The position numbers and the translations under genes were made by a program. A stretch of DNA of 64,000 bases from Lysobacterales bacterium (GTDB lineage Bacteria > Pseudomonadota > Gammaproteobacteria > Xanthomonadales > Xanthomonadaceae): contig OZ257239.1 in assembly GCA_965279425.1 (NCBI GenBank), positions 2,835,541-2,899,540 of the forward strand. The letters are read 5' to 3'. Shown here one piece after another: positions 9,492-19,330 of this stretch. Below the pieces are notes generated by a model. That model did no database searches, had not been told where the DNA came from, and saw only the letters and a list, made by a program, of their open reading frames with translations. The first letter of the stretch is position 1; the number at the start of each line of letters is the position of its first letter.

Positions 9492-10790
9492 ATGCTGGAA
9501 GGTTTGGGGCGAATCGGATTCGGGTTGTTCGGGCTGGCGGTGCTGATCGGCATCGTGTTCCTGTTTTCCAACAACAAGAAGGCCGTGGACTGGAAGCTGG
9601 TCGCCACCGGCGTGGTCCTGCAGATCGGTTTCGCCGCCCTGGTGCTGCTGGTGCCGGGCGGGCGCGAAGTGTTCGACTGGCTGGGACAGGTCTTCGTCAA
9701 AATCCTGAGCTTCGTCAATGCCGGCTCCAGCTTCATCTTCGGCAGCCTGATGAACGTCGAAACCTACGGCTTCATCTTCGCTTTCCAGGTGTTGCCGACG
9801 ATCATTTTCTTCGCCGCACTGATGGGCGTGCTGTACCACTTAAACGTGATGCAGACCGTCGTCCGCGCCATGACCTGGGGCATCACCAAGGTCATGCGCG
9901 TGTCCGGCGCTGAAACGACCAGCGTCTGCGCCAGCGTGTTCATCGGCCAGACCGAGGCGCCGCTGACCGTGCGCCCGTACATTCCGAAGATGACCGAATC
10001 GGAGCTGATCACCATGATGATCGGCGGCATGGCCCACATCGCCGGCGGCGTGCTCGCCGCGTACGTAGGCATGCTGGGCGGCGGCGACCCGGTGCAGCAG
10101 GCGTTCTACGCCAAGCACCTGCTCGCCGCCTCGATCATGGCCGCGCCGGCGACGCTGGTCGTGGCCAAGCTGCTGATTCCGGAAACCGGCACGCCGCTCA
10201 CTCGCGGCACGGTGAAGATGGAAGTGGAGAAAACCTCCAGCAACATCATCGATGCCGCCGCAGCCGGTGCGGGCGATGGCCTGCGCCTTGCGCTGAATAT
10301 CGGCGCGATGCTGCTGGCCTTCATCGCCCTGATCGCGCTGGTGAACTGGCCGCTGACCTGGATCGGTGAAGTCACTGGGCTCCAGGCGATGCTGGGCAAG
10401 CCTACCGACCTTGCGATGATCTTCGGCTATGTGCTGGCACCGATCGCCTGGGTGATCGGCGTGCCGTGGCAGGACGCCACCACGGTCGGCTCGCTGATCG
10501 GGCAGAAGATCGTGCTGAACGAATTCGTCGCCTATCTGCAGCTGGCCGATATCGTCAACGGCAAGGTGGCTGGCACCAGTCTGACCGCCGAAGGCAGACT
10601 CATCGCCACCTACGCGCTGTGTGGTTTCGCGAACTTCAGTTCCATCGCCATCCAGATTGGGGGCATCGGCGGCCTGGCTCCGGAACGTCGCGCCGATCTT
10701 GCACGCTTCGGTCTGCGTGCGGTGCTGGGCGGCACCATCGCCACGCTGATGACCGCCACCATCGCCGGCGTGTTGTCGCATTTTGGATAA
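9492..10790 (+). CDS. NupC/CNT family nucleoside transporter
   Basis: FAFQVLPTIIFF, FIGQTEAPL, NEFVAY, LCGFANFSSIAIQIGG. Confidence 0.95.
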   Translation: MLEGLGRIGFGLFGLAVLIGIVFLFSNNKKAVDWKLVATGVVLQIGFAALVLLVPGGREVFDWLGQVFVKILSFVNAGSSFIFGSLMNVETYGFIFAFQVLPTIIFFAALMGVLYHLNVMQTVVRAMTWGITKVMRVSGAETTSVCASVFIGQTEAPLTVRPYIPKMTESELITMMIGGMAHIAGGVLAAYVGMLGGGDPVQQAFYAKHLLAASIMAAPATLVVAKLLIPETGTPLTRGTVKMEVEKTSSNIIDAAAAGAGDGLRLALNIGAMLLAFIALIALVNWPLTWIGEVTGLQAMLGKPTDLAMIFGYVLAPIAWVIGVPWQDATTVGSLIGQKIVLNEFVAYLQLADIVNGKVAGTSLTAEGRLIATYALCGFANFSSIAIQIGGIGGLAPERRADLARFGLRAVLGGTIATLMTATIAGVLSHFG

Positions 10791-10794
10791 GCGC

Positions 10795-11772
10795 ATGGGA
10801 GCGGTCGTCGTCGCGGGCTCCTTCAATGTCGACCATGTCTGGCAGTGCGATGCGTTGCCGGCACCGGGCGCGACCATCGCCGGCAGCTACCGCAGCGGGC
10901 CGGGCGGCAAGGGCTTCAACCAGGCCGTCGCCGCAGCGCGCGCGGGCGCAGACGTCACTTTCCTGTGCGCATTGGGTGACGACCTGGGCGGCACGCTGGC
11001 GCGCTCGCTGGCTACGGCGGACAGCATCGACCTGCGTGACCTGCGTTCCGACCAGCCAACCGGCACGGCCGGCATCTATGTGGATAGCCGGGGACGCAAC
11101 AGCATCGTCATCGGCACGGGTGCCAACGCTTCGCTGACTGCGGATTTCGTCCAGCAGCAGGCCCAGACCATCGCAAAGGCGGCGGTGGTGGTGGCACAGC
11201 TCGAATCGCCCATCGACAGCGTGATCGGCGTGCTTCAGATCGCGCGCGAACAAGGCGGCATCACGCTGTTGAATCCCGCGCCGGCGAACGCCGCGACCAC
11301 GACGGAGTTGCTGTTCCTGGCGGATGTACTCACGCCAAACGAAACCGAGTTCTCGGCCTTGCTCGCACGCCATGTCGGCGAACGCATCGAACCCGACGAT
11401 GTCGCCGCCCTTGACGTCGGACGGCTGCACGCGCTCTGCCGTGAACTGCTGAGCCACGGCAGCGTAGTGGTCACGCTGGGCTCGGCCGGCGTATTCGTCT
11501 CGCATGCCGAGGAACGCCTGCGCGGCGATGCAAAACCCTGCTACCGGATGGGCGCCGAACCCGCCGAGGCCACCGACACCACCGGTGCCGGGGACGCCTT
11601 CAACGGCGCGCTGGCCGCATCGCTGGCGCGCGACCCCAGCCTGCCCTTCGCCGAGCATGTGCGCTTCGCCAACCGTTACGCGGCGCTGTCCACCGAACGG
11701 CCAGGCGCGGCGCTATCTATGCCGCATCTGGCGGAAGTCGCGGCACGATACGAGACTGATAGCACCGCCTGA
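10795..11772 (+). CDS. rbsK: Ribokinase (PfkB family)
   Basis: GSFNVD, PGGKGFNQAVAA, TPNETE, DTTGAGDAFNG; adjacent to a nucleoside transporter. Confidence 0.85.
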   Translation: MGAVVVAGSFNVDHVWQCDALPAPGATIAGSYRSGPGGKGFNQAVAAARAGADVTFLCALGDDLGGTLARSLATADSIDLRDLRSDQPTGTAGIYVDSRGRNSIVIGTGANASLTADFVQQQAQTIAKAAVVVAQLESPIDSVIGVLQIAREQGGITLLNPAPANAATTTELLFLADVLTPNETEFSALLARHVGERIEPDDVAALDVGRLHALCRELLSHGSVVVTLGSAGVFVSHAEERLRGDAKPCYRMGAEPAEATDTTGAGDAFNGALAASLARDPSLPFAEHVRFANRYAALSTERPGAALSMPHLAEVAARYETDSTA

Positions 11773-11793
11773 CCGCGCCGCTACAATGCCGGC

Positions 11794-12792
11794 ATGCAGA
11801 TCGGCCCGCATTCCATAGTTCCGGCCCTGATTCTGGCGCCCATGGCCGGGGTCACCGACAAGCCGTTCCGGCAGCTGTGTAAACAGCTCGGAGCGGGATT
11901 GGCGGTGTCTGAAATGACCATCAGCAATCCGAAACTCTGGCATACGCAGAAGTCGCTGCACCGCATGGACCATGTCGGCGAACCCGCCCCGATCAGCGTG
12001 CAGATCGCGGGCACCGAGCCTGTACAGCTCGCCGAGGCGGCGCGCTACAACGTGGACCACGGCGCGCAGATCATCGACATCAACATGGGCTGCCCGGCGA
12101 AGAAGGTCTGCAATGCATGGGCCGGCTCGGCACTGATGCGCGATGAAGCGCTGGTGGCGCGCATCCTGCAGGCGGTGGTCGCAGCGGTCGATGTGCCCGT
12201 GACGCTGAAGATCCGCACCGGCTGGGATGCGGACCATCGCAATGGCCTGCAGATCGCGCGCATCGCCGAAGACGCCGGCATCGCCGCGCTGGCCGTGCAC
12301 GGACGAACACGCGACCAGCAATACACCGGTGCGGCCGAGTACGACACCATCGCCGCGATCAAATCGGCGTTGCATATTCCGGTGATGGCCAATGGCGACA
12401 TCGATTCCCCGCAAAAAGCGCTGGCCGTGTTGCGCGCTACGGGGGCCGACGCGCTGCTGATAGGGCGCGCCGCGCAAGGACGGCCCTGGATCTTTCGCGA
12501 GATGGCGTATTACCTGGCGACAGGCGAACTGCTTCCGCCTCCGGGCCTGATCGAGATCCGCGACATTCTGCTCGGGCATCTGCAGGCCCTGCATGAGTTC
12601 TATGGCGAACACCAGGGCGTGCGCATCGCGCGCAAGCATCTGGGCTGGTATGCCAAGGACCGTCCAGAAAACGTGAACTTCCGCGCGGTGGTCAATCGGG
12701 CCGAGAGCGCCGCCGAACAGGTGCGGCTGACGCGTGACTATTTCGATGCGCTCGCGTCCGGGGTTCCGTCCGCATTGTCGGCGGCCGCCTAG
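11794..12792 (+). CDS. dusB: tRNA-dihydrouridine synthase B
   Basis: LAPMAGVTD, DINMGCPAKKV, HGRTR, ANGDI, GRAAQGRPW. Confidence 0.93.
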   Translation: MQIGPHSIVPALILAPMAGVTDKPFRQLCKQLGAGLAVSEMTISNPKLWHTQKSLHRMDHVGEPAPISVQIAGTEPVQLAEAARYNVDHGAQIIDINMGCPAKKVCNAWAGSALMRDEALVARILQAVVAAVDVPVTLKIRTGWDADHRNGLQIARIAEDAGIAALAVHGRTRDQQYTGAAEYDTIAAIKSALHIPVMANGDIDSPQKALAVLRATGADALLIGRAAQGRPWIFREMAYYLATGELLPPPGLIEIRDILLGHLQALHEFYGEHQGVRIARKHLGWYAKDRPENVNFRAVVNRAESAAEQVRLTRDYFDALASGVPSALSAAA

Positions 12793-12832
12793 CCATCGAT
12801 CATCACGAAAGATATTTCCAAGGATCATGCGC

Positions 12833-13666
12833 ATGAGCGACAACGACACCACCAACGATTTCCCTTATCTGCATGGTTTCTCGCCGGTCGAGCAGGCCCG
12901 CCTGGTCAAGCAGGCGCAGATTGCCGAATCGACGATCTTCCATGACATCGATTTCTCCGGCGCCAGGAAACTGCTGGAGGTCGGCAGTGGCGTCGGCGCG
13001 CAGACCGAGATTCTGCTGCGCAGGTTCCCGCAGCTGCACGCGACCTGCGTGGATCTGAGCGAGGCGCAACTCGGCGCCGCCGCGCAGCGACTGGGCGCGA
13101 TGCCCTGGCTGCAGAACCGTTATGCGTTGAAGCAGGCCGATGCCACCGATCTGCCCTTCGAGCCACGCAGCTTCGATGCCACCTTCCTGTGCTGGGTGTT
13201 GGAACACGTGCCGTCGCCGGCGCGCGTGCTCAGCGAGGTCCGGCGCGTGCTCGCGCCCGGATCGCCGGTCTACATCACCGAAGTGATGAATGCCTCGTTC
13301 CTGCTCGATCCGTATTCGCCCAACGTGTGGCGCTACTGGATGGCGTTCAACGACTTCCAGATCGACAGCGGCGGCGATCCCTTCATCGGCGCCAAGCTCG
13401 GCAACCTGCTGCTGGCCGGTGGCTATCGCGACGTCACCACGCAGATCAAGACCTTCCACTTCGACAACCGCGAGCCCGCGCGTCGCAAGACCATGATCGC
13501 CTTCTGGGAAGAGCTGCTGCTGTCGGCGGCCGACCAGCTGGTCGCTGAAGGCAAGGTCACGCCGGAAGTGGTGGCAGGCGTGCGCCGCGAAATGCATCAG
13601 GTGCAGAACGATCCGAATGCGGTTTTCTTCTATTCCTTCGTGCAGGCGCGGGCGATCGTGTACTGA
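12833..13666 (+). CDS. Class I SAM-dependent methyltransferase
   Basis: LLEVGSGVG motif I, DATDLPF, WVLEHV. Confidence 0.9.
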   Translation: MSDNDTTNDFPYLHGFSPVEQARLVKQAQIAESTIFHDIDFSGARKLLEVGSGVGAQTEILLRRFPQLHATCVDLSEAQLGAAAQRLGAMPWLQNRYALKQADATDLPFEPRSFDATFLCWVLEHVPSPARVLSEVRRVLAPGSPVYITEVMNASFLLDPYSPNVWRYWMAFNDFQIDSGGDPFIGAKLGNLLLAGGYRDVTTQIKTFHFDNREPARRKTMIAFWEELLLSAADQLVAEGKVTPEVVAGVRREMHQVQNDPNAVFFYSFVQARAIVY

Positions 13667-13707
13667 TTGGCGGAGGGTAATTCACGCCGCACGCAGGCGA
13701 GAGCAAG

Positions 13708-13731
13708 GTCGGGGCTGAAGCCCCTCCCACA
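13708..13731 (-). repeat. Single REP palindrome
   Basis: Minus strand TGTGGGAGGGGCTTCAGCCCCGAC between convergent genes. Confidence 0.7.
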
Positions 13732-13736
13732 ACCAC

Positions 13737-14786
13737 TCACTCGATATCTGGCTTCGGTTCTTCCGGCGCATGCCAGATGCGCGTCCAGACGCCAGCGAGC
13801 GCTTTGCTCAAACCATCCTCGGCGACAGGCGCGCGATAGGCGCTCTGAAGCTGTCGCGGTGGAATCGCACGCCATGCCCCGCCCTCGCGCTCGGCGACTA
13901 CGAAGCTGAAGTTGTAGTCCGGTTCCAGCCCCATGCGCAGATCGCTGAGGACGAGTTCGTTTCCAACGATCTGCGTGCGCATGAAGCCATGGTTGAACCA
14001 TGCGAGCTGTTCCACTGCTTCGATGCCGCGGGCCTGTCCCAATGCCTGCGTATCGGAGCGATAGCCCTTGAAATGCATCGGGCCGTGGTCGGCGACCAGC
14101 GATCTGTCGCCGATGACATAGCCCTGCGGGGTCATGGCGACCACGCGCCACAGCAAGGTGTTGAAAGGCATGGGTACGGAGAACCGTGGCGCGTCGCCCA
14201 ACCCGAGCGCAGCGAGATCGCGGCCGGCCTGTCGATCCACCATGCCCTTGGCGGCCAGTGACCAGCCCAGATAGGCGGTGCTCAATATCAGGCCCGCGAC
14301 CAACGCGCGCTGTGCCAGCGGGCGCGCCTGCGCAAACCACGCCACCACACAGGCCACCAGCAGCCAGAGGGTGTACAGCGGATCGATGATGAAGACACTG
14401 GACCACATCACCGGCGGCGTGCGCAGCGGCCACAGCAACTGGGTGCCGTAGACGGTGAATGCATCGAGCAGCGGATGCGTCACCAGGGCCAATTGGATGG
14501 CCCAGAACCAGCGCGTCGGCGATTCGGCCACGCGTTTGCCGCGACGTTTGAACAGCCACCAGATCAGCCAGGCTACCAGCGGCAACACGAACAACGAATG
14601 GCTGAGGCTGCGGTGCAACGTCATCAGCGACACCGGGTTATCGGTGAAGAGCATGATCGGCAGCGAGTCGAGGTCGGGCAAGGTGCCCAGTGCCGCGCCT
14701 GCCAGCAAGGCGGCGCGACGATGACGGGCGGGTGCGATGGCGGCGACTATCGCGCCGCCGAGAACGATCTGGGAAATGGAATCCAT
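13737..14786 (-). CDS. Metal-dependent hydrolase, YdjM-like membrane protein
   Basis: MDSISQ, LPDLD, HRSLSH, HPLLDAFTVYG motifs. Confidence 0.88.
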   Translation of the reverse strand: MDSISQIVLGGAIVAAIAPARHRRAALLAGAALGTLPDLDSLPIMLFTDNPVSLMTLHRSLSHSLFVLPLVAWLIWWLFKRRGKRVAESPTRWFWAIQLALVTHPLLDAFTVYGTQLLWPLRTPPVMWSSVFIIDPLYTLWLLVACVVAWFAQARPLAQRALVAGLILSTAYLGWSLAAKGMVDRQAGRDLAALGLGDAPRFSVPMPFNTLLWRVVAMTPQGYVIGDRSLVADHGPMHFKGYRSDTQALGQARGIEAVEQLAWFNHGFMRTQIVGNELVLSDLRMGLEPDYNFSFVVAEREGGAWRAIPPRQLQSAYRAPVAEDGLSKALAGVWTRIWHAPEEPKPDIE

Positions 14787-14821
14787 GCCGGAATGCTAAC
14801 AGCCCGCACTTGCAAGACACG

Positions 14822-14892
14822 TGTAGGAGCGACGCAAGTCGCGAAACCGTATCCTGCAGCGTGTGCGATTCGCGACTCGCGTCGCTCCTACA
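14822..14892. repeat. Inverted REP pair (GTAGGAGCGAC type)
   Basis: TGTAGGAGCGACGCAAGTCGCGA ... TCGCGACTCGCGTCGCTCCTACA. Confidence 0.85.
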
Positions 14893-14901
14893 GGTATTAT
14901 G

Positions 14902-15711
14902 CTAGGCCGCTTTGGGCAGTTCCTGCAACGTCAGACGCAAGCGCGCGGGCAGCGATTGCAGCACTTCTCCGGTATGGGAAAGCAGGCACAGGCTGCCGTC
15001 CGCTTCTTCGCTGAGCGCGGTCAGGCTTTCCACCCAGTCGCCATCGTTGGCGTAGACCAGCCCGTCGCGCTGGATCAGCGCTGCCCGATGGATATGCCCG
15101 CAGATGATGCCGTCCAGGCCGCGGCGTTTGGCATCGTCCAGGCCTGCTTGCACATAGCGCTCGATGTAACGTTCCGCCGCGCCGCTCTGTTGCTTCAGGT
15201 ATTCGGACAGCGACCAGTAACGCAGTCCCGCGCGCTGCCGCAATCCATTGAGCAGCTTGTTGCCGGTGAGAATGCGGTAGTACAGCCAGTCGCCGAAACG
15301 CTCCTGCAGCCCACCGAAATGGGTGACCGCATCGTAGTCGTCGCCATGGGTCACCAGCAGCCGGCGACCGTCGGCGGTCACGTGGATCGCACGACGACGC
15401 ACCTGCATCGCCGGTAGCATCAGACCGCAGAACCGGCGAATGGGCCGGTCGTGATTGCCGGGGATGTAGATCAATTCGGTACCGCGCCGGCGCAGCGCAT
15501 GCAACGCTTCGACCACACGGTTGTGCGCCCCGTTCCAGTGCGCACGCCGTTGCGCCATCCACCACAGGTCCACGATATCGCCGACTAGGTACAGGCGCGC
15601 GCAGTTGAGTCCTTCCAGGAACCCGGCGAACTCGGCCGCATGGCAATGCTTGGAACCCAGGTGCACATCGGACACGAACACCGCACACCGTCTTGCCATA
15701 CTCGGGCTCAT
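14902..15711 (-). CDS. Metallophosphoesterase of LpxH-like/PlcP-like type
   Basis: SDVHLG, LVGDIVD, PGNHD, THGD, CGHIH; ATGA overlap with the upstream gene. Confidence 0.85.
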   Translation of the reverse strand: MSPSMARRCAVFVSDVHLGSKHCHAAEFAGFLEGLNCARLYLVGDIVDLWWMAQRRAHWNGAHNRVVEALHALRRRGTELIYIPGNHDRPIRRFCGLMLPAMQVRRRAIHVTADGRRLLVTHGDDYDAVTHFGGLQERFGDWLYYRILTGNKLLNGLRQRAGLRYWSLSEYLKQQSGAAERYIERYVQAGLDDAKRRGLDGIICGHIHRAALIQRDGLVYANDGDWVESLTALSEEADGSLCLLSHTGEVLQSLPARLRLTLQELPKAA

Positions 15712-17429
15712 GCCGTGACCCCGCTTTCGACCGCGGCCACCTGCAAGTATCTGGAGCGCTTCCGTGGCCTGATCCGGTGCAGGTCCACTTCGATCAGTCC
15801 GTCGATGGAATCGCTGAAATCCGGGTCCACGCCGAAAGCCAGGAAGCGGGCGCCGCCGGGTTCGCACAGTTCGGTGTATTGCTTGTACAGCATCGGAATG
15901 GTTGCCCCCAGGCTGTCCAGATTCGTCTTGAGCACGCGCAAGGCGGTGTCGGCATCCATGCCGCCGAATGAAGGCGGCGCATCGCGATAGAGAAAGGGAT
16001 TGCGCGGCACCGCGCCATCGGCGCCATCGCTGTAGTAGCGCGCGTAATAGGCCACGATCTGCTCGCGTGCACCAAGGGGCAATGCCGCGCTCAGAGATAC
16101 CGCGCCATACAGATAGCGCACGTTGGGGTGCCGGCCCAGATAGGCGCCGATGCCCTGCCACAGATAGTCGATGCTGCGGCTACCCCAGTAGTCGGGCGCC
16201 ACGAAACTGCGGCCCAGTTCCATGCCTTCGGCCAGGCGCGGCACCATCGCGTCGGCGTAGCGGAACAGCGACGCGGTATACAGCCCTTTCAAGCCCTGTG
16301 CGGCCAGCATTGGCGCACCGCGCGCGATTCGATAGGCGCCTGCGATGCGGCCAGCGCTTTCGTCCCAGAGCACGATGTGCTCGTAATGCAGGTCGTAGGC
16401 GTCGATATCCAGCGCAAGGCCGGTACCCTCACCCACCGCACGGAAGGTCAGTTCGCGCAGGCGACCGATCTCGTGCAGCAACGGTGACCCGTGCGAAAGG
16501 CGACCGACGCAGATGCGCTTCCCATCGGTGGTGCTGCCCAGCACCTCCAGCGACCGCAAGGCCTGCCGCACGGCTTGCGGATCGGCCGCTTCCGCCAAGG
16601 GTACGGGCGCAGTACTTGGCGCTTGCATGGCCCTGCGCCGGCCCAGCGAATACAGCGCCTTGCGGATGCCGGCGATCATGACCTCGGGATCGGCGGCATG
16701 ATCGGGCGTCATCAGCGGCCCGACGCGCAGTGCGATGCGGCGGCCGCTGCGCTTGAACATCTCGCGTGCGAGCAATGCCGTGCCGATGGGCTTGGAGAGC
16801 GCGGAGGCGCCGTAGAACAGCGCCGAATTACGCGCTTCGATGCGCACCGGCAGCACAGGCGCACCGCTGTCGCGGGAGAAACGCAGGAACCCACGGCGCC
16901 AGCGCGTATCGGTAATGCCGCGCGAACCCAGCCGCGACACTTCGCCGGCCGGAAACACGATGACGCATTGTTCCTGCTGCAGCGCCCGGTCAATGGCCGC
17001 CAGGCTATCGGGGCTGGGTTTGCCGCCCAGGATGCGCACCGGCAACAACAGCTCCCGCAGTCCTTCCACCTGTTCCAGCAGATCGTTGGCCACGATGCGC
17101 ACGTCGCGGCGGACGCTGCCTACCAGGTCCAGCAGTGCCAGCGCGTCCAGCGCGCCGGAAGGATGGTTTGCCACTATCAGTAACTTGCCCTTGGCGGGAA
17201 TGCGCGCCCGGTCCTGTGCATCGACGGTGTAACGCAGCCCGAGGAACTGCATGGCCGCTTCGACCAGCGCGAACCCCCTGAGGTCGGCGTGACGCTCAAG
17301 AAAACCGTAGACATGTTCCAACCGGGACCAGTGCGCCAGTCCACGCAGCAGCGGCCGCGACACCAGGGCGCGTCTTCCGCGGAACCATTGCGGATAGCGG
17401 TCCGCCAACTGTCGTTCGAGAAGTTCCAT
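15708..17429 (-). CDS. Bifunctional acyltransferase-GNAT protein (OlsF-like ornithine lipid synthase)
   Basis: N-terminal PlsC motifs ANHPSGALD and FPAGEVS; C-terminal LRELTFRAVGEG..DAYD..ELGRSFV OlsB-like domain. Confidence 0.8.
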   Translation of the reverse strand: MELLERQLADRYPQWFRGRRALVSRPLLRGLAHWSRLEHVYGFLERHADLRGFALVEAAMQFLGLRYTVDAQDRARIPAKGKLLIVANHPSGALDALALLDLVGSVRRDVRIVANDLLEQVEGLRELLLPVRILGGKPSPDSLAAIDRALQQEQCVIVFPAGEVSRLGSRGITDTRWRRGFLRFSRDSGAPVLPVRIEARNSALFYGASALSKPIGTALLAREMFKRSGRRIALRVGPLMTPDHAADPEVMIAGIRKALYSLGRRRAMQAPSTAPVPLAEAADPQAVRQALRSLEVLGSTTDGKRICVGRLSHGSPLLHEIGRLRELTFRAVGEGTGLALDIDAYDLHYEHIVLWDESAGRIAGAYRIARGAPMLAAQGLKGLYTASLFRYADAMVPRLAEGMELGRSFVAPDYWGSRSIDYLWQGIGAYLGRHPNVRYLYGAVSLSAALPLGAREQIVAYYARYYSDGADGAVPRNPFLYRDAPPSFGGMDADTALRVLKTNLDSLGATIPMLYKQYTELCEPGGARFLAFGVDPDFSDSIDGLIEVDLHRIRPRKRSRYLQVAAVESGVTA

Positions 17430-17507
17430 GCCGGTCGCCCGCAGCCCGCCCCCGGCGGGTTTGGCCGGCAGCCTGCCGGTTGCAGGCGTCAGCCCGGTTG
17501 CGGTTTT

Positions 17508-17525
17508 GCGGCAGGACGGTGACAG
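17508..17525 (-). promoter_or_regulatory. Putative Pho box
   Basis: Minus strand CTGTCAC-CGTC-CTGCCGC, about 80 nt upstream of the OlsF-like start; second half-site degenerate. Confidence 0.4.
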
Positions 17526-17602
17526 CGGCGGTTGGTTGCCCGAAACGCGACGAGAGCTCCGCCGCAGCAAAGACCAGCAGTGCAACAAGTCGAACGAAGC
17601 AT

Positions 17603-17688
17603 CCCCCCTTTGAAAAAGGGGGGTTAGGGCAGATTTGCTCTCAGCGCAAAGAGCAAATCCCCCTCAATCCCCCTTTTCCAAAGGGGGG
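17603..17688. repeat. Three-hairpin intergenic palindromic element
   Basis: CCCCCCTTT-GAA-AAAGGGGGG; GATTTGCTCT..AGAGCAAATC; CCCCCTTTT-CC-AAAGGGGGG. Confidence 0.75.
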
Positions 17689-17850
17689 AAGACAAGCAGG
17701 CGCCTCCCTTTGCGATGAGGTACACACAATGCTGCTGTGCTCCATGACTTAACCTAAATGCCATCCTGAACGCGGCACAATGCAGCCCCCGCCCGGGCCG
17801 TGTATCATGCGCGCCCATCTTTTCATCCCGATCAAAGGATATAAGCCGCG

Positions 17851-19062
17851 ATGTCGAACTTCCTCTTCACCTCCGAATCGGTCTCCGAAGGCCATCCGGA
17901 CAAGGTCGCTGACCAGATCTCCGACGCCGTGCTCGACGCGATCCTGCGCCAGGACAAGCGCGCACGCGTTGCCTGCGAAACCATGGTCAAGACCGGTGTG
18001 GCGATTGTCGCTGGCGAAATCACCACCAGCGCCTGGATCGACCTGGAAGCGCTGACCCGCAAGGTCATCATCGACATCGGCTACGACAGCAGCGAAGTCG
18101 GCTTCGACGGCGAGACCTGCGGCGTGCTGAACCTGATCGGCAAGCAGTCGCCCGACATCAACCAGGGCGTGGACCGCAAGAAGCCCGAAGAACAGGGCGC
18201 CGGCGACCAGGGCCTGATGTTCGGCTACGCCACCAACGAAACCGAAAGCTACATGCCGGCGGCGATCCACCTGTCGCACCGCCTGGTCGAGCAGCAGGCC
18301 AAGATCCGCAAGAAGAAGAACTCGCCGCTGTCCTGGCTGCGCCCGGACGCCAAGTCGCAGGTCACCCTGCGCTACGAGAACGACAAGGCCGTGGCCATCG
18401 ACGCGGTCGTGCTGTCCACCCAGCACGACCCGGACATAAAGCAGAAGGATCTGGTCGAAGCCGTGCGCGAAGAGATCCTGATGCCGGTGCTGCCGTCCAA
18501 GTGGCTGCACAAGGGCACCAAGTTCCACATCAACCCGACCGGCAAGTTCGTGATCGGCGGACCCGTGGGCGACTGCGGCCTGACCGGCCGCAAGATCATC
18601 GTTGACACCTACGGCGGCTGGGCCCGTCATGGTGGAGGCGCGTTCTCGGGCAAGGACCCGTCCAAGGTCGACCGTTCGGCCGCCTACGCCGCTCGCTACG
18701 TGGCCAAGAACGTCGTGGCCGCCGGCCTGGCCGACCGCTGCGAAGTGCAGGTCTCCTACGCCATCGGCGTGGCCGAGCCGACCTCGATCTCGGTCACCAC
18801 CTTCGGCACCGGCAAGATCGCCGACGAGAAGATCGAAAAGCTGATCCGCAAGCATTTCGACTTGCGCCCGTACGGCATCATCCAGATGCTGGACCTGATC
18901 CATCCGATGTACCAGGAGACGGCGGCCTACGGCCACTTCGGCCGCAAGCCCAAGGAAATCACCTACACCGACGGCGACGGCAAGAAACACACCGCCACCT
19001 CATTCTCGTGGGAGAAGACCGACAAGGCCGACGAACTGCGCAAGGCGGCTGGGTTGAAGTAA
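17851..19062 (+). CDS. metK: S-adenosylmethionine synthetase
   Basis: [28 protein letters not shown]. Confidence 0.99.
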   Translation: MSNFLFTSESVSEGHPDKVADQISDAVLDAILRQDKRARVACETMVKTGVAIVAGEITTSAWIDLEALTRKVIIDIGYDSSEVGFDGETCGVLNLIGKQSPDINQGVDRKKPEEQGAGDQGLMFGYATNETESYMPAAIHLSHRLVEQQAKIRKKKNSPLSWLRPDAKSQVTLRYENDKAVAIDAVVLSTQHDPDIKQKDLVEAVREEILMPVLPSKWLHKGTKFHINPTGKFVIGGPVGDCGLTGRKIIVDTYGGWARHGGGAFSGKDPSKVDRSAAYAARYVAKNVVAAGLADRCEVQVSYAIGVAEPTSISVTTFGTGKIADEKIEKLIRKHFDLRPYGIIQMLDLIHPMYQETAAYGHFGRKPKEITYTDGDGKKHTATSFSWEKTDKADELRKAAGLK

Positions 19063-19078
19063 GCGAAGACTGCTGTTG

Positions 19079-19259
19079 CTCCCTTCTCCCACCGGGATCG
19101 AAGCCGCCTCAAGCGGCTGAGGGTGGCGCGCAGCGACGGATGAGGGCGTGAGAATTCTAGCCACTGAAGTCGCAGCAATCGGTAAGTCCACGCCCTCATC
19201 CGCCCCCGTATCAAGTGCGGGGCAGGCTCTTCGGGCACCTTCTCCCGAAGGAGAAGGGA
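19079..19259. repeat. CCCTTCTCCC/GGAGAAGGG-type palindromic repeat pair with internal insertions
   Basis: CCCTTCTCCCACCGGGA..GGATGAGGGCG ... CGCCCTCATCC..CACCTTCTCCCGAAGGAGAAGGG. Confidence 0.75.
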
Positions 19260-19266
19260 AGCATTA

Positions 19267-19293
19267 AAACGGGCCGCCTTGCGGCCTGTTTCT
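19267..19293 (+). terminator. Putative terminator after metK
   Basis: AAACGGGCCGC-CTT-GCGGCCTGTTT followed by CTATTT. Confidence 0.55.
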
Positions 19294-19330
19294 ATTTGTA
19301 ACGCATCGCTCCAGAAACGGACTCCATGTC

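Noticed and set aside
17689-17850. SAM riboswitch upstream of metK
   Set aside because: No SAM-I/II/V landmarks recognised; only promoter-like sequence
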